DNA from: Gemmataceae bacterium
GTDB lineage: Bacteria; Planctomycetota; Planctomycetia; Gemmatales; Gemmataceae
NCBI GenBank assembly: GCA_031362705.1
Contig: JANLTA010000552.1
Span: 1 to 33,717, forward strand
DNA length: 33,717 nt
Direction of reading: 5' to 3'
Positions 6,127 to 15,939 of the stretch are shown here, piece by piece. The notes beneath the pieces are model-generated. The model was not told the origin of the DNA and searched no databases. It worked only from the letters and a program-made list of their open reading frames with translations. How positions within the stretch are numbered: position 1 is the stretch's first letter; every line of letters begins with the position of its first letter. The position numbers and the translations under genes were made by a program.

Positions 6127-8604
6127 ATGAAGAAGGAAATGCTTATCAACGTCCTCCAACCGGAGGAATGCCGAATCGCCATTCTCGAAGATGGAGTCCT
6201 CGAAGAACTTTACGTCGAAAGGACGAGTCAGGAAAGTTACGTCGGCAATGTTTACAAAGGCAAGATCGTCAACATCGAGCCGAGCATTCAAGCCGCATTC
6301 ATCGATTTCGGCATCGGACGCAACGGCTTCCTGCACGTGTCTGACGTAGACCCGGCTTACTACAAGCACCTTAATGTTCGTGGTGGTGGCGGCAACCAAG
6401 GTCGTCCGCCGCGTCAGGATGACCGGCCGCGCGGACGGCATGACGAGCCGCGTCCGCAACGACAAGATGATCGGCTACCGCGCCGCGAGGAGTTCCGCTC
6501 CGAACCGCCACGGCGTGAAGAAGCCCGGCAGGAACCGCCACGCGGCCGAAGAGACGAACGCCGACCTCGCATTGAAGAGGAGTACGACGAAGAACCACGT
6601 GGCCGACGCAATCCGCCGGTGCTGCCGCCGCAACCGCGTGAAGCCCCGCCGCGACAGGTTGAAACGGCCTTTGGGGCCGACTTGTTTGACGACACGCCGA
6701 ACGCCTATCAACCGCCGCCGCGACATCATTCGGATGAAGATCCGTATGCCGGCTTGGCCACGATGATGGGCGAGCAACCGCCGCCGCTGCCGCCCCGGCA
6801 TCAGCCGCGTAACGAAGCGCCGTCACGCGAGCGCGAGCAACGGGATCATCGCAGGCATAACCGCCATGAGGAACCACGGCATCAGGAAGAACCGCCGACG
6901 GCCCTCTACCAACAGTTACCACCACCGCTGCCACAACCGCAGCCAAAGAAAGCTGAGCCAAAGAAACCGGAACCGGTGAACGATGGCTTCGGCGCCGGCA
7001 TCGACATTTGGGGCGACGATTTGCCGCCACCGTATATGCCCGGCGCGGAACGACGCACCGGACCTGATGATGATTATGAGTTCGAAGCCGACGGCGGCGG
7101 CGTTGACATTCGCGACAATGGCGACGACAGCGATCTGGAAGACACCGACATCGGCGATGAGGGCGACAACGGCGACGATGATGGTGACGACGCCGATGAT
7201 GGCGATGAAAGCGAGAGCCTATCACGGCCCCGCCGCAGCAATGGTCCCCGCCGAATGCCGCAACAGCACGGTCGTCATCGCGGCCGCGATGGCGATGGTC
7301 ACCAGAAGCCGCTGATTCAGGATATCTTCAAGCGCGGCCAGGAAGTGATCGTCCAGGTCATCAAGGAAGGCATCGGCACCAAAGGGCCGACGCTCAGTAC
7401 CTACATCAGCGTGGCGGGTCGCTACCTGGTGCTCATGCCCGGCCTGAGCCGTGTCGGCGTATCACGCAAGATCGACGACATCGACCAGCGGCATCGCTTG
7501 CGCGATATTCTCGCCGAGTTGCGGCCACCGCAAGGTCTTGGTTTCATCATCCGCACGGCCGGTACGGATCGCAACAAGAAGGAACTGCAAAACGACTTAA
7601 ACTACCTCCTGCGCATCTGGCAGGTCGTGGTCAAACGCATCAAGGCGCAAAAAGGTCCGGGACCGATCCATCAAGAAAGTGACATGATTACGCGGACCAT
7701 CCGCGACACGTTCACGGGCGACGTAGATTCAATCTGGATCGACGAGCCGGTTGCTTACCAGCATGCGCACGAGTTCTTACAAGCAGTCATGCCACGCTAT
7801 GCAAGCCGACTCAAGCACTACGATCAAATTGAACCGCTGTTCCACAAGTACGGCCTTGATGGCGAAATCGCCAGGATTCAGCATAAGAAACTGCCTCTGC
7901 CCGGCGGTGGCTCTATCGTCATCGACCAGACCGAAGCGCTGGTGGCCATCGATGTCAACAGTGGTAGCTTCCGCGCCGACAGCAACAATGCTGAGGAAAC
8001 CGCGTACCAGATCAACCTGGTCGCTGCTCGGGAAATCGCCCGGCAACTGCGCCTGCGCGACCTCGGTGGCGTGATCGTCAACGACTTCATCGACATGAAG
8101 GACGACAAGCATCGGCGCTCCGTCGAAAAGGCGATGCGCGAAGCCGTTAAACGCGATCGCGCCCGTACCAAAGTGTTGCGCATCTCGCAGTTTGGGCTGA
8201 TTGAGATGACACGCCAACGAATTCGCCCTTCACTGAAGCGCAGCGTGTTTCAGGAATGCCCGCACTGCAACAGCCAGGGGCACGTCAAGACGGCCGAGAG
8301 CATGAGCATCGAAGCCATGCGCATGATTCAATTGGCGGCGGCCCGTGACGGCGTCCGCCGCGTTGAGGTGCGCGTTCATCACGCTGTGGCGGAATACCTG
8401 GTCAATCGCAGCCGCCGGCAAATCTCCCAACTGGAAGACCGCAGCGGCATGCAAGTGTCGGTGACGGCCTTGCGCGATGTCTCACCTGAGCGGCTCGATT
8501 TTACCGGGTACGACGCCAACGGCAGCGAAGTGCCGTTGCAACCCGTGGTGGCGGCCCCACAGCCCCGGCACAACCACGAACGCGGTCGCGGCCGGCGACG
8601 GTAG
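6127..8604 (+). CDS. rne: ribonuclease E/G family endoribonuclease with a large insertion in the S1 domain
   Basis: 825 aa. It aligns by eye with the E. coli Rne catalytic half: MKKEMLINVLQPEECRIA, NVYKGKIVNIEPSIQAAFIDFG, GQEVIVQVIKEGIGTKGPTLSTYISVAGRYLVLMP, EALVAIDVNSGSF, LRLRDLGGVIVNDFIDM, and the Zn-link CPHCNSQGHV. Confidence 0.9.
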   Translation: MKKEMLINVLQPEECRIAILEDGVLEELYVERTSQESYVGNVYKGKIVNIEPSIQAAFIDFGIGRNGFLHVSDVDPAYYKHLNVRGGGGNQGRPPRQDDRPRGRHDEPRPQRQDDRLPRREEFRSEPPRREEARQEPPRGRRDERRPRIEEEYDEEPRGRRNPPVLPPQPREAPPRQVETAFGADLFDDTPNAYQPPPRHHSDEDPYAGLATMMGEQPPPLPPRHQPRNEAPSREREQRDHRRHNRHEEPRHQEEPPTALYQQLPPPLPQPQPKKAEPKKPEPVNDGFGAGIDIWGDDLPPPYMPGAERRTGPDDDYEFEADGGGVDIRDNGDDSDLEDTDIGDEGDNGDDDGDDADDGDESESLSRPRRSNGPRRMPQQHGRHRGRDGDGHQKPLIQDIFKRGQEVIVQVIKEGIGTKGPTLSTYISVAGRYLVLMPGLSRVGVSRKIDDIDQRHRLRDILAELRPPQGLGFIIRTAGTDRNKKELQNDLNYLLRIWQVVVKRIKAQKGPGPIHQESDMITRTIRDTFTGDVDSIWIDEPVAYQHAHEFLQAVMPRYASRLKHYDQIEPLFHKYGLDGEIARIQHKKLPLPGGGSIVIDQTEALVAIDVNSGSFRADSNNAEETAYQINLVAAREIARQLRLRDLGGVIVNDFIDMKDDKHRRSVEKAMREAVKRDRARTKVLRISQFGLIEMTRQRIRPSLKRSVFQECPHCNSQGHVKTAESMSIEAMRMIQLAAARDGVRRVEVRVHHAVAEYLVNRSRRQISQLEDRSGMQVSVTALRDVSPERLDFTGYDANGSEVPLQPVVAAPQPRHNHERGRGRRR
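6373..7305 (+). other. low-complexity, charge-blocked insertion (~311 codons) within rne
   Basis: It lies between ...DPAYYKHL and KPLIQDIFKRGQEVIV. The blocks in order are R/P/E/D repeats (EPPRREEARQEPPRGRRDERRP), Pro-rich tracts, an acidic D/G/E block at 7114-7215, and a basic RPRRSNGPRRMPQQHGRHRGR tail. Confidence 0.85.
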
Positions 8605-8672
8605 AAAGTTAGCGGCCCCCAAACTACAACAGGGTGAGACATTCCGACCTTCACTCATGCGGAGAACCAACG

Positions 8673-9380
8673 ATGAACCGTCGCGATCTTTTGGCTCAAC
8701 TCGGTGTGTTGAGTGCCGGTTTGGCCGCCGTCGGAACGACGTGCGCCGATGACACGGTGGGCAAGCCAACGCGCCATGCCACCAAGGGACCGCTGGGTAC
8801 GCCACATGCCCACTTTTGCGGCATCCACATGGCGAAGAACAACCCGAAGCTTCAATTTGTCACGCAACATTACTGTGTCGGCCAAAGCGATGGATTGTTC
8901 CAGTGTCTGCTCTACGACTCAACGGCGGATAACGCTAAGCTCGTCGGAATCGAGTACATCGTCACCGATGAGATCTTTCACAAGCTGCCCGACACGGAAA
9001 AGAAGTACTGGCACCCGCACACTTACGAAGTGCTGGCCGGCGGCCTGATCGCGCCGGGAATGACTGAAGAGAATGAACTGCAATTCATGAAGACGATCCT
9101 CACGACCTGGGGCAAGACCTGGCACACTTGGCCTGACCCAAACACGCCCGTGCCGATGGGTGAGCCGCTCTTGATTTGGTCCCTGATGGGCGATGGTCAG
9201 GCCGACGAGAAAGTGATCGCCGCCCGCGATAAGGACTTCAGCGTAAAGACTGCTGACGTTCGCGCCAAACGCAAAGCTCAATTCGGCATGGACGCACCCA
9301 ACGTATCGCTGCCACCGAACATGAACTTCATCGGCCGACAATGGACCAACAGCGGGGAAGACAAGCCGCCGAAGCGGTGA
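8673..9380 (+). CDS. Tat-exported DUF1264 / OBAP-like protein
   Basis: The twin-arginine leader MNRRDLLAQLGVLSAGLAAVG starts at ATG 8673; the ORF track starts earlier, at 8634. The body matches the DUF1264 pattern: HFCGIHM...QHYCV...LVGIEYIVTDEIFHKLPDTEKKYWHPHTYEVLAGGLIAPG...WGKTWHTW. Confidence 0.75.
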   Translation: MNRRDLLAQLGVLSAGLAAVGTTCADDTVGKPTRHATKGPLGTPHAHFCGIHMAKNNPKLQFVTQHYCVGQSDGLFQCLLYDSTADNAKLVGIEYIVTDEIFHKLPDTEKKYWHPHTYEVLAGGLIAPGMTEENELQFMKTILTTWGKTWHTWPDPNTPVPMGEPLLIWSLMGDGQADEKVIAARDKDFSVKTADVRAKRKAQFGMDAPNVSLPPNMNFIGRQWTNSGEDKPPKR

Positions 9381-9406
9381 CAACCCTACCCGCTTTTGCT
9401 CGTTTT
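9371..9406 (+). terminator. weak candidate intrinsic terminator after the DUF1264 gene
   Basis: AAGCGG (9372-9377) pairs with CCGCTT (9390-9395) across a 12-nt loop that contains the stop codon. A U-rich TTGCTCGTTTT stretch follows. The short stem and large loop make this weak. Confidence 0.25.
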
Positions 9407-9466
9407 AGCTAACATCCGAGTGGCAGGGTTGCCGAATGAATAAGCGTACGCGCTGAGGGGGCGTCC

Positions 9467-10477
9467 ATGATTGCACGTGTTTTTGGCTTGTTGGTTGTTG
9501 TCGTCGGCATCGCGCCGGTTTGTGCTCAGGATCAATTTGGCTGGGCGCAACAGCTCCTACTTGTGGACGGCAAACCCGCGACCGACAAGGACTTCGGCAC
9601 GGTGGCCAAGGGCGCAATGCTTCAGCACCGCATCCCTGTGACCAACAAGTACGGCGTGCCGCTTAACATTCAGTTGGGTGTGTCGTGCGATTGTGTTAAA
9701 GTCACTTCCAGCAAAGCCGTGTTGCAGCCACGAGAGACGACAACTCTCGACATCGAGATGGACACGCGACGATTCAACGGCCACAAAGAGGTGGTCATTT
9801 ATTTCACCGTTGCCAATCAACAGTACTTCTCGACCGCGCTCGTGAAGGTCAAGGCGAATTGCCGCACGGATGTGGCGATGAACCCCGGTGTGGTCAACTT
9901 CGCCATCGTGCCGCGCGGCGAATCGCGACAGAGTCAAATCTCCGTCGAATACGCCGGCGTTCTTGATTGGCGCATCACGGACCACCCGGCCAACGATCTG
10001 TTTGACATCACTGTCAATGAAAAGTATCGCCAACCGGGCCGCGTCGGTTACATCGTGCAAATGAGTCTCAAGGCTGACGCCCCGGCCGGGTCATATAAGC
10101 AGGAATTGTTGTTGCCGACTAACGATCCGCAGACACCGAATCTGCCGATACCGTTTGAACTCACGGTGCAATCGCCATTGTCTGTGGTACCTGAGACCGC
10201 TCGGTTTGGCGGAGCACGGGTGGGGCAAACTTCCGATCAAAAGCTCTTCGTGCGCAGCGGCGGCAAGGCGTTCAAGATTGTCAGCGTCGAAGGTCTGGGC
10301 GATGGCATGAGCATTGCCGAGCCGTTGCCGACCGAATCCAAACCGGTCCATATTGTCACTCTAAAATACGCACCGACCGCGGCCGGCTCGGTCAATAAGA
10401 AACTCAAGTTTCGCACCGACGGCGGTGAAACGCTTGCTGCGACGCTCACCGTTGATTGCACGGTCGCCCCGCAATAA
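9467..10477 (+). CDS. secreted DUF1573 (Ig-like/ASH-type) repeat protein
   Basis: 336 aa with the signal peptide MIARVFGLLVVVVGIAPVCAQ. The first module carries the DUF1573 hallmark (DFGTVAKGAMLQHRIPVTNKYGVPLNIQLGVSCDCVKV...LQPRETTTLDIEM). Two further beta-rich modules of similar length follow. Confidence 0.8.
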   Translation: MIARVFGLLVVVVGIAPVCAQDQFGWAQQLLLVDGKPATDKDFGTVAKGAMLQHRIPVTNKYGVPLNIQLGVSCDCVKVTSSKAVLQPRETTTLDIEMDTRRFNGHKEVVIYFTVANQQYFSTALVKVKANCRTDVAMNPGVVNFAIVPRGESRQSQISVEYAGVLDWRITDHPANDLFDITVNEKYRQPGRVGYIVQMSLKADAPAGSYKQELLLPTNDPQTPNLPIPFELTVQSPLSVVPETARFGGARVGQTSDQKLFVRSGGKAFKIVSVEGLGDGMSIAEPLPTESKPVHIVTLKYAPTAAGSVNKKLKFRTDGGETLAATLTVDCTVAPQ

Positions 10478-10492
10478 TGCGATCATCGTAAG

Positions 10493-12562
10493 ATGTCCCT
10501 GAGCCAACTCCGGGGCCGCATCATGTCCATTCCGAATCGTCTCGCGCAAGAATCGTCGCTTTACCTTCGGCAACACGCTAACAATCCCGTCGATTGGTAT
10601 CCCTGGGGACCGGATGCCCTGGCCCGCGCGCGCGAGTTGGATCGGCCGATCTTCCTTTCCATTGGCTATTCGGCTTGCCATTGGTGCCACGTCATGGAGC
10701 ACGAGAGCTTCGAAGTCGAGGCCACGGCCGCATTGATGAACGAGAGCTTTGTGTGCATCAAAGTAGACCGGGAAGAGCGACCGGACATTGACGACATCTA
10801 CATGAAGGCGGTGCAATTACTCAACCGGGGCCAGGGTGGTTGGCCCATGAGCGTTTGGTTGACGCCGGAGCTGCGGCCGTTTTACGCGGGCACATACTAT
10901 CCGCCCGATGACCGCTACGGCCGACCAAGTTTTCCTCGTGTGCTAACGGCACTCGCCACGGCCTGGCGTGACCGTCGCGGTGAACTCGCCAAATCGGCCG
11001 GTGAGATCACAGAGCATCTTCAAGAGTTCGGTCAACTACCGGCAAGCGAAAACGAAGTCGATGCCGAGGGCTTAATCCGCAATGCCGTGCAGTCTCTATC
11101 TCGCGGTTTCGACAATACTCACGGCGGCTTTGGCGATGCGCCGAAGTTTCCCCATGCCTTGGAATTGCGACTGCTATTGCGAGCTTACGCGCGCTTCGGA
11201 GACGATGGTGCGTTGGCAATGGTCACGCGCACGCTGGACAAGATGGCACGCGGCGGCATGTACGATCAGCTCGGCGGTGGCTTTCACCGCTACAGTGTGG
11301 ATGCCCGGTGGCTGGTGCCACATTTCGAAAAGATGCTTTACGACAATGCGTTGTTGGGCGTGACCTATCTCGAAGCGTTTCAAGCCACCGGCAACCCATT
11401 CTATCGGCAAATCGTCGTTGAAATACTCGAGTACATCCAGCGCGAGATGACCTGTGATGGAGGAGCCTTCTACTCCACGCAGGACGCTGATAGCGAAGGC
11501 GAGGAAGGCAAGTTCTTCGTCTGGTCGCTGGCGGAGATCGAATCCGTTCTTGGCAGTGACGACGCGGAGATTGCCGCCCGTGTGTGGGGTGTGACCGCCG
11601 AAGGGAATTTCGAGGGTCAAAACATCTTGTGCCGCTCCAAGAGTGATGAGCAAGATGCGAAGCTGTTGAAAATGCCGCTGGATGCGTTTCAACTTCGAAT
11701 GAACAGTGTGAGGCGGAAGCTACTGGCAGTGCGGTCACGACGGGTTTGGCCAGGCCGTGATGAGAAGATATTGACGAGTTGGAACGGCCTGATGATCGCT
11801 GCATTTGCCCGGGCCGGTGCCGTGCTGGAGCGGCCCGACTTCGTGGATGCCGCGATCAATGCTGCCGAGTTTGTGCAAAAGCATCTGCGAACTTCCAACG
11901 ATCGCTTGAATCGCACGGCGTCCGCCGACGGACGCGCCAAGCTCAACGGCTACCTAGAAGACTATGCGTATTATGCCGAGGCACTGACGCATCTTTATGA
12001 AGCAACATTGGACGAACGCTGGCTGTCTGAAGCCGCCCAATTGATGTTCGTGATGTGCCCGCAGTTCGGCGACCGCGAACATGGCGGCTTTTTCACCACG
12101 TCCAAGGATCATGAACAGTTGCTCATGCGCATTAAGGACATTCACGATGGGTCGACGCCATCGGGCAATGCCATGGCCGTGATGGCGTTATTGCGCGTGG
12201 GCACTATGCTAGGACGCGCCACATTGCTCGAAGTCGCTCGTCAAACCCTGAAAGCGTTTCACGGTGTCATGGAGGCCCACCCATCTGCGGCGGGCCAGAT
12301 GTTGATCGCCCTAGATTTTGATTTCGGTCCGGTGCAGGAGGTTGCGATAGTCAGCGACAATGTTTCGGAAAACTATCGTCGTGTGTTGTGGGCGGCCCGG
12401 CAACCATTTGCTCCGCGTCGCGTCCTGGTGCCACCTGGTGAGCGAAAGGCCGAAGGACAAATGTCGATGTACATCTGTGAGAATCAGACATGTGCGCCGG
12501 CGGTGAATGACGCCGATGCAGCCATTGCCATTCTCAATCAAGCCGCGCGGGAAAGCGCCTGA
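10493..12562 (+). CDS. thioredoxin-domain protein, YyaL/DUF255 (SPATA20-like) family
   Basis: 689 aa. Contains [59 protein letters not shown] and then a long (alpha/alpha)6-like region ([27 protein letters not shown]). ATG 10523 (MSIPNRL...) is an equally plausible start. Confidence 0.9.
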   Translation: MSLSQLRGRIMSIPNRLAQESSLYLRQHANNPVDWYPWGPDALARARELDRPIFLSIGYSACHWCHVMEHESFEVEATAALMNESFVCIKVDREERPDIDDIYMKAVQLLNRGQGGWPMSVWLTPELRPFYAGTYYPPDDRYGRPSFPRVLTALATAWRDRRGELAKSAGEITEHLQEFGQLPASENEVDAEGLIRNAVQSLSRGFDNTHGGFGDAPKFPHALELRLLLRAYARFGDDGALAMVTRTLDKMARGGMYDQLGGGFHRYSVDARWLVPHFEKMLYDNALLGVTYLEAFQATGNPFYRQIVVEILEYIQREMTCDGGAFYSTQDADSEGEEGKFFVWSLAEIESVLGSDDAEIAARVWGVTAEGNFEGQNILCRSKSDEQDAKLLKMPLDAFQLRMNSVRRKLLAVRSRRVWPGRDEKILTSWNGLMIAAFARAGAVLERPDFVDAAINAAEFVQKHLRTSNDRLNRTASADGRAKLNGYLEDYAYYAEALTHLYEATLDERWLSEAAQLMFVMCPQFGDREHGGFFTTSKDHEQLLMRIKDIHDGSTPSGNAMAVMALLRVGTMLGRATLLEVARQTLKAFHGVMEAHPSAAGQMLIALDFDFGPVQEVAIVSDNVSENYRRVLWAARQPFAPRRVLVPPGERKAEGQMSMYICENQTCAPAVNDADAAIAILNQAARESA

Positions 12563-13287
12563 GGCACGGCGGCATATACAGGAGCCGGCATCGGTGCGCG
12601 AACGACGTTATTCCACCAAAACGGCAACAACACTCGCAACGTTTTCGGAATATCCAGTAGCGACACTTTGCTGACGCCGGCTCGCCGCGCGCGATGGCGC
12701 ACGCCAATTTCGCCAATCGATAGGCCTAACTGTCGGGCTCGCGCTAACATTTCCGTATTCACGAAGAAGCCGTGCGCTGTCGGCATGAGCTGTCGAATGG
12801 CACTGCGACGGAACAACTTCAGGGCACAGTCGCAATCGCGCACTCCGGTTCGCAACAACCGTCGAACGAGTTGGTTGTATCCCCACGAAAAGAACTTGCG
12901 TTGCCAGGCGTCCTGACGATCAACACGATAGCCGACCATTACGGGATGCGCCGACGACCACGGAATCAAGCGACCCAAATCGGACAGATCAAATTGGCAG
13001 TCGGCATCGGTGAAGGCGACGAGATCGCAGGTCGCCGCCGAGAAGCCCAAGCGCAGTGCGGCCCCGTAACCCAAGTTAGTTTCATGTTGAATGAGCCGTA
13101 GCCACTGGTAACGATCGGCCAGGTTGGCGACAATCCGGGCGGTGTCATCGGTACTGCCGTCGTCAACAACGAGGATTTCATAGCGCCACGCCAACGAACG
13201 CAACGCCACATCCGCCTCCGCGACGGCGTCAGCAATCACCGCAGCCTCGTTGTATGCCGGCAGAATCAAAGTCAACGATGGCGTCAT
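12538..13287 (-). CDS. family 2 glycosyltransferase (polyprenyl-phosphate sugar synthase-like)
   Basis: Contains [18 protein letters not shown]...[18 protein letters not shown]...FTDADCQF (the DxD). I prefer the ATG at 13287, which has AGGAA 7 nt upstream. The ORF-track start at 13326 is a TTG. Confidence 0.85.
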   Translation of the reverse strand: MTPSLTLILPAYNEAAVIADAVAEADVALRSLAWRYEILVVDDGSTDDTARIVANLADRYQWLRLIQHETNLGYGAALRLGFSAATCDLVAFTDADCQFDLSDLGRLIPWSSAHPVMVGYRVDRQDAWQRKFFSWGYNQLVRRLLRTGVRDCDCALKLFRRSAIRQLMPTAHGFFVNTEMLARARQLGLSIGEIGVRHRARRAGVSKVSLLDIPKTLRVLLPFWWNNVVRAPMPAPVYAAVPQALSRAA

Positions 13288-13351
13288 TGGTTGTTCCTGA
13301 AAACAATAGAACCGCGATGACCACAAGAAACGCAGAGAAGAACGGTCTCAG

Positions 13352-14665
13352 TTATTTCTTCTCCGCGCGCTCTGCGATCTCCGCGGTGATGTTCTTGTTC
13401 TTCATCTGCACTCGATACGGCGTCCCATAATCGCCATGGATCGGTCGATCGATGCCGTGGACGAACATGAGAAACAGCACCGTCACCCCGGCCTGTGCGA
13501 CCCACAAGCCGCCGAGCAGCCAGCGAGCGCAGCCGGTGGTGAAGCTCATGAAGGCTACCCGCGCCAAAGCCACGCAGGCCACCGGGGCGGCGATAATCAG
13601 GTAATGTCGATACACCGGCAAGCCAGTTATCGTCAACAGCAAGCCATAACCGATGCCGACCGCGCCGATGGTCATTCCCGTTGGTGAGCGATCGAGACCC
13701 CATGCCCCGGTTCGCAGCCCTGTTTTGACAAAACGTGTGAGTATCACCAGAAATGCGGCTGCCAACAGTACGTGCAATCCGCCAACCAGATACGTTGCCT
13801 GCCCGCCAATCATTGGCTGCTGAAGGAATGGCACGAAGTCTTCACCGAGCGAGTATTTCAAATGCAGGCCGAATGGTTCGGTGAACCAGTAGACCCAGTA
13901 CTTCAATTCCAAGAGACACCACCAATGCGACTTGGCCGACGCCGACCTCTCGGCGACGAAGAGCAGATGATATCCCCACGGCAACGCCGGCAACATGCCT
14001 AAGATGCCGCCGCCCACCGTCCACGGCCACCGGAACGAACGGTAATCAAACACCAGTGCCCAGCCGGCCAGTGCTGTTGCGAAGAAAAACGCCCCGGGAT
14101 GTATTTGGGCCGCGAGTGCAGCGATGAGGCCAAACAGCAAGGCCGCCGACCGTCGCGAACGATACCACCACGTTGCCAGCATCATCACAGCAATGGCTGG
14201 TAGCACGGATGGCGGCCATATCTTGCGGTGAAACAACACCGCCAAGGGATTCACGGCTAACAGCGACAGACCCCACCACCACGGCTCTCGCTCATCGGGT
14301 GCCACGATGCGGGCAATGAAGACAGCGAGTAACCCCAGCGCCAAAACGTTGACCATCATGCAGGCGACGTTCAAATCGATCGGATCGTGGGCATGGAACA
14401 ACTTGGCGAGTCCCAGAAATACCCACACGCTCATGCCCGGATGCGGCACGTCAGCTGAGTTGTTCATCCCGGTCCACGGCCACGACTTACTTAGACCAAC
14501 GGCTTGCGTGCGCTCAAATGAATAAATCTCATCGCCCTTGTACTCCATGTCCGCGGGCCACAGAAGGCGCAACGCCGCACCGATAATCAAAGCCAAGCCA
14601 ATGCCCAGCTTGGCACGCAACGACATCGAATCCAGCGGCATTCCGTCCACTCCGGCGACGAACAC
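13352..14665 (-). CDS. polytopic GT-C type glycosyltransferase (GT39/GT83, ArnT/PMT-like)
   Basis: 437 aa with at least 10 predicted TM segments. The first-loop acidic motif WPADMEYKGDEIY is typical of GT-C enzymes. It lies immediately upstream of the GT2 on the same strand. An alternative ATG start is at 14641. Confidence 0.65.
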   Translation of the reverse strand: MFVAGVDGMPLDSMSLRAKLGIGLALIIGAALRLLWPADMEYKGDEIYSFERTQAVGLSKSWPWTGMNNSADVPHPGMSVWVFLGLAKLFHAHDPIDLNVACMMVNVLALGLLAVFIARIVAPDEREPWWWGLSLLAVNPLAVLFHRKIWPPSVLPAIAVMMLATWWYRSRRSAALLFGLIAALAAQIHPGAFFFATALAGWALVFDYRSFRWPWTVGGGILGMLPALPWGYHLLFVAERSASAKSHWWCLLELKYWVYWFTEPFGLHLKYSLGEDFVPFLQQPMIGGQATYLVGGLHVLLAAAFLVILTRFVKTGLRTGAWGLDRSPTGMTIGAVGIGYGLLLTITGLPVYRHYLIIAAPVACVALARVAFMSFTTGCARWLLGGLWVAQAGVTVLFLMFVHGIDRPIHGDYGTPYRVQMKNKNITAEIAERAEKK

Positions 14666-14748
14666 AACCCGCCGAAGATACCCGATTGCTGAAGGAACGT
14701 GAAGGTGAAGTCAATCGCCAAACTTTGCGGAAAATGAGGTAACAATCG

Positions 14749-15822
14749 TCACTTTTTGATGCCGCTAGGTGGTGCATTTAACCGTTGTGTCAACCAGTTG
14801 CAAACATCCGGGAACAGGCGTTTGCCAGTGGCGGTGTCGTGGCGGCCGCAAGGGTCAACGATGCAAGTGAAGTCTAGGCCTTTGCATCGCGCCTTATCTG
14901 CGAAGGCTTCGACCTGAGCGTCGATATTGAATTCATCGTTGGCGCCATAGCCGGCGAACATCTGCAACTCGCCGGGCTGGACGTTGAAACTGTCGAGCAT
15001 CTCGTAAGGATTCTCAATCGCGATTTGTTGAATGGCTTCTTTATTGAAACAGCCATAGAGAGGATGCGACAATGTCCGTTCGCGGATGGTGATGACGCCA
15101 TAGAAGCGGCCGACCGGCTGCCAAGGGCCGAGGCGTTCGCGGCAGCCGAGGCAATTTGGATCGTAGTTGGCAAAGTAGTTTCCGTGACAATCCAGATAAC
15201 GCACATGCAACGGAGGCGAGATTCCCGCGGCGATCTTGAACTGGCAGCGATACTTAATGCCGAGGTTGAAAGCCCCGAAGCCACCCATCGAAGCGCCGCA
15301 CAATACGTGTTGCTCCGGTTCCGGACGGACGGGAAAGTTTGAAGTCACAAAACTCCACACGTCCTGAATGATGTAGTCCTCGAAGTGACCGGCACGACTA
15401 TTGACGTAAAAGCTGCCGGCATTCGTGATCGACGGATGCCCTCGCGTCGTACCGTCGGGAATTGCAATGATCATGTGCGGGATTCGACCGCACGCCATCG
15501 CTTCATCGATCATCTGGACAAGGCCGAGAAAACTCGCCTCATCCTGGGCGATGCCATGCAGATAGATCATGCCGGGATATTGCCGGCATGGGTCGTAACA
15601 GGGCGGCAAGTACACGTACATATCGCGCTTTTGACACAGCGCATTCGAGTAAATGCGGCGGTCGCGGAGATGGTTGTGCGTGTAATCGACGAGTTGTCCG
15701 CGGAGTTTGCTGTTAACGCGACTGATCGGGGTCCACGTCTTGGGGCGCAGGCCGGTGGCGGGCGTCAGGCCAATGGCGAAAGTAAGCAGTATCGCCAGCG
15801 ACCACAGCACGCGCCGCAACAT
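14749..15822 (-). CDS. alpha/beta-hydrolase, putative esterase family
   Basis: Contains YVYLPPCYDPCRQYPGMIYLHG and the nucleophile elbow LCGASMGGFGAFNLG. I prefer the ATG at 15822 (MLRRVLWSLAILLTFAIG signal/anchor), which has GGGGAGA 6 nt upstream. The ORF track extends to 15906. Confidence 0.75.
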   Translation of the reverse strand: MLRRVLWSLAILLTFAIGLTPATGLRPKTWTPISRVNSKLRGQLVDYTHNHLRDRRIYSNALCQKRDMYVYLPPCYDPCRQYPGMIYLHGIAQDEASFLGLVQMIDEAMACGRIPHMIIAIPDGTTRGHPSITNAGSFYVNSRAGHFEDYIIQDVWSFVTSNFPVRPEPEQHVLCGASMGGFGAFNLGIKYRCQFKIAAGISPPLHVRYLDCHGNYFANYDPNCLGCRERLGPWQPVGRFYGVITIRERTLSHPLYGCFNKEAIQQIAIENPYEMLDSFNVQPGELQMFAGYGANDEFNIDAQVEAFADKARCKGLDFTCIVDPCGRHDTATGKRLFPDVCNWLTQRLNAPPSGIKK

Positions 15823-15939
15823 ACACAGTCTCCCCGGTGAACCAACAAGGTGCAATGTCAGGTGTTGGATCGGTCGAGGGACGGTTTGATATTCGCTGAA
15901 AAACAATAGCAGGTAATCTTGAGACAGGTTTCGTCCGGA

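Noticed and set aside
6371-7225. A 284-aa minus-strand ORF, plus several other-frame ORFs (6374-6766 +, 6414-6695 -, 6475-6801 -, 6983-7315 +), inside the rne insertion.
   Set aside because: They are Arg/His/Cys/Pro-rich shadow ORFs, produced by a GC-rich repetitive coding region that lacks stops in alternative frames. The RNase E frame is continuous with conserved flanking S1 halves.
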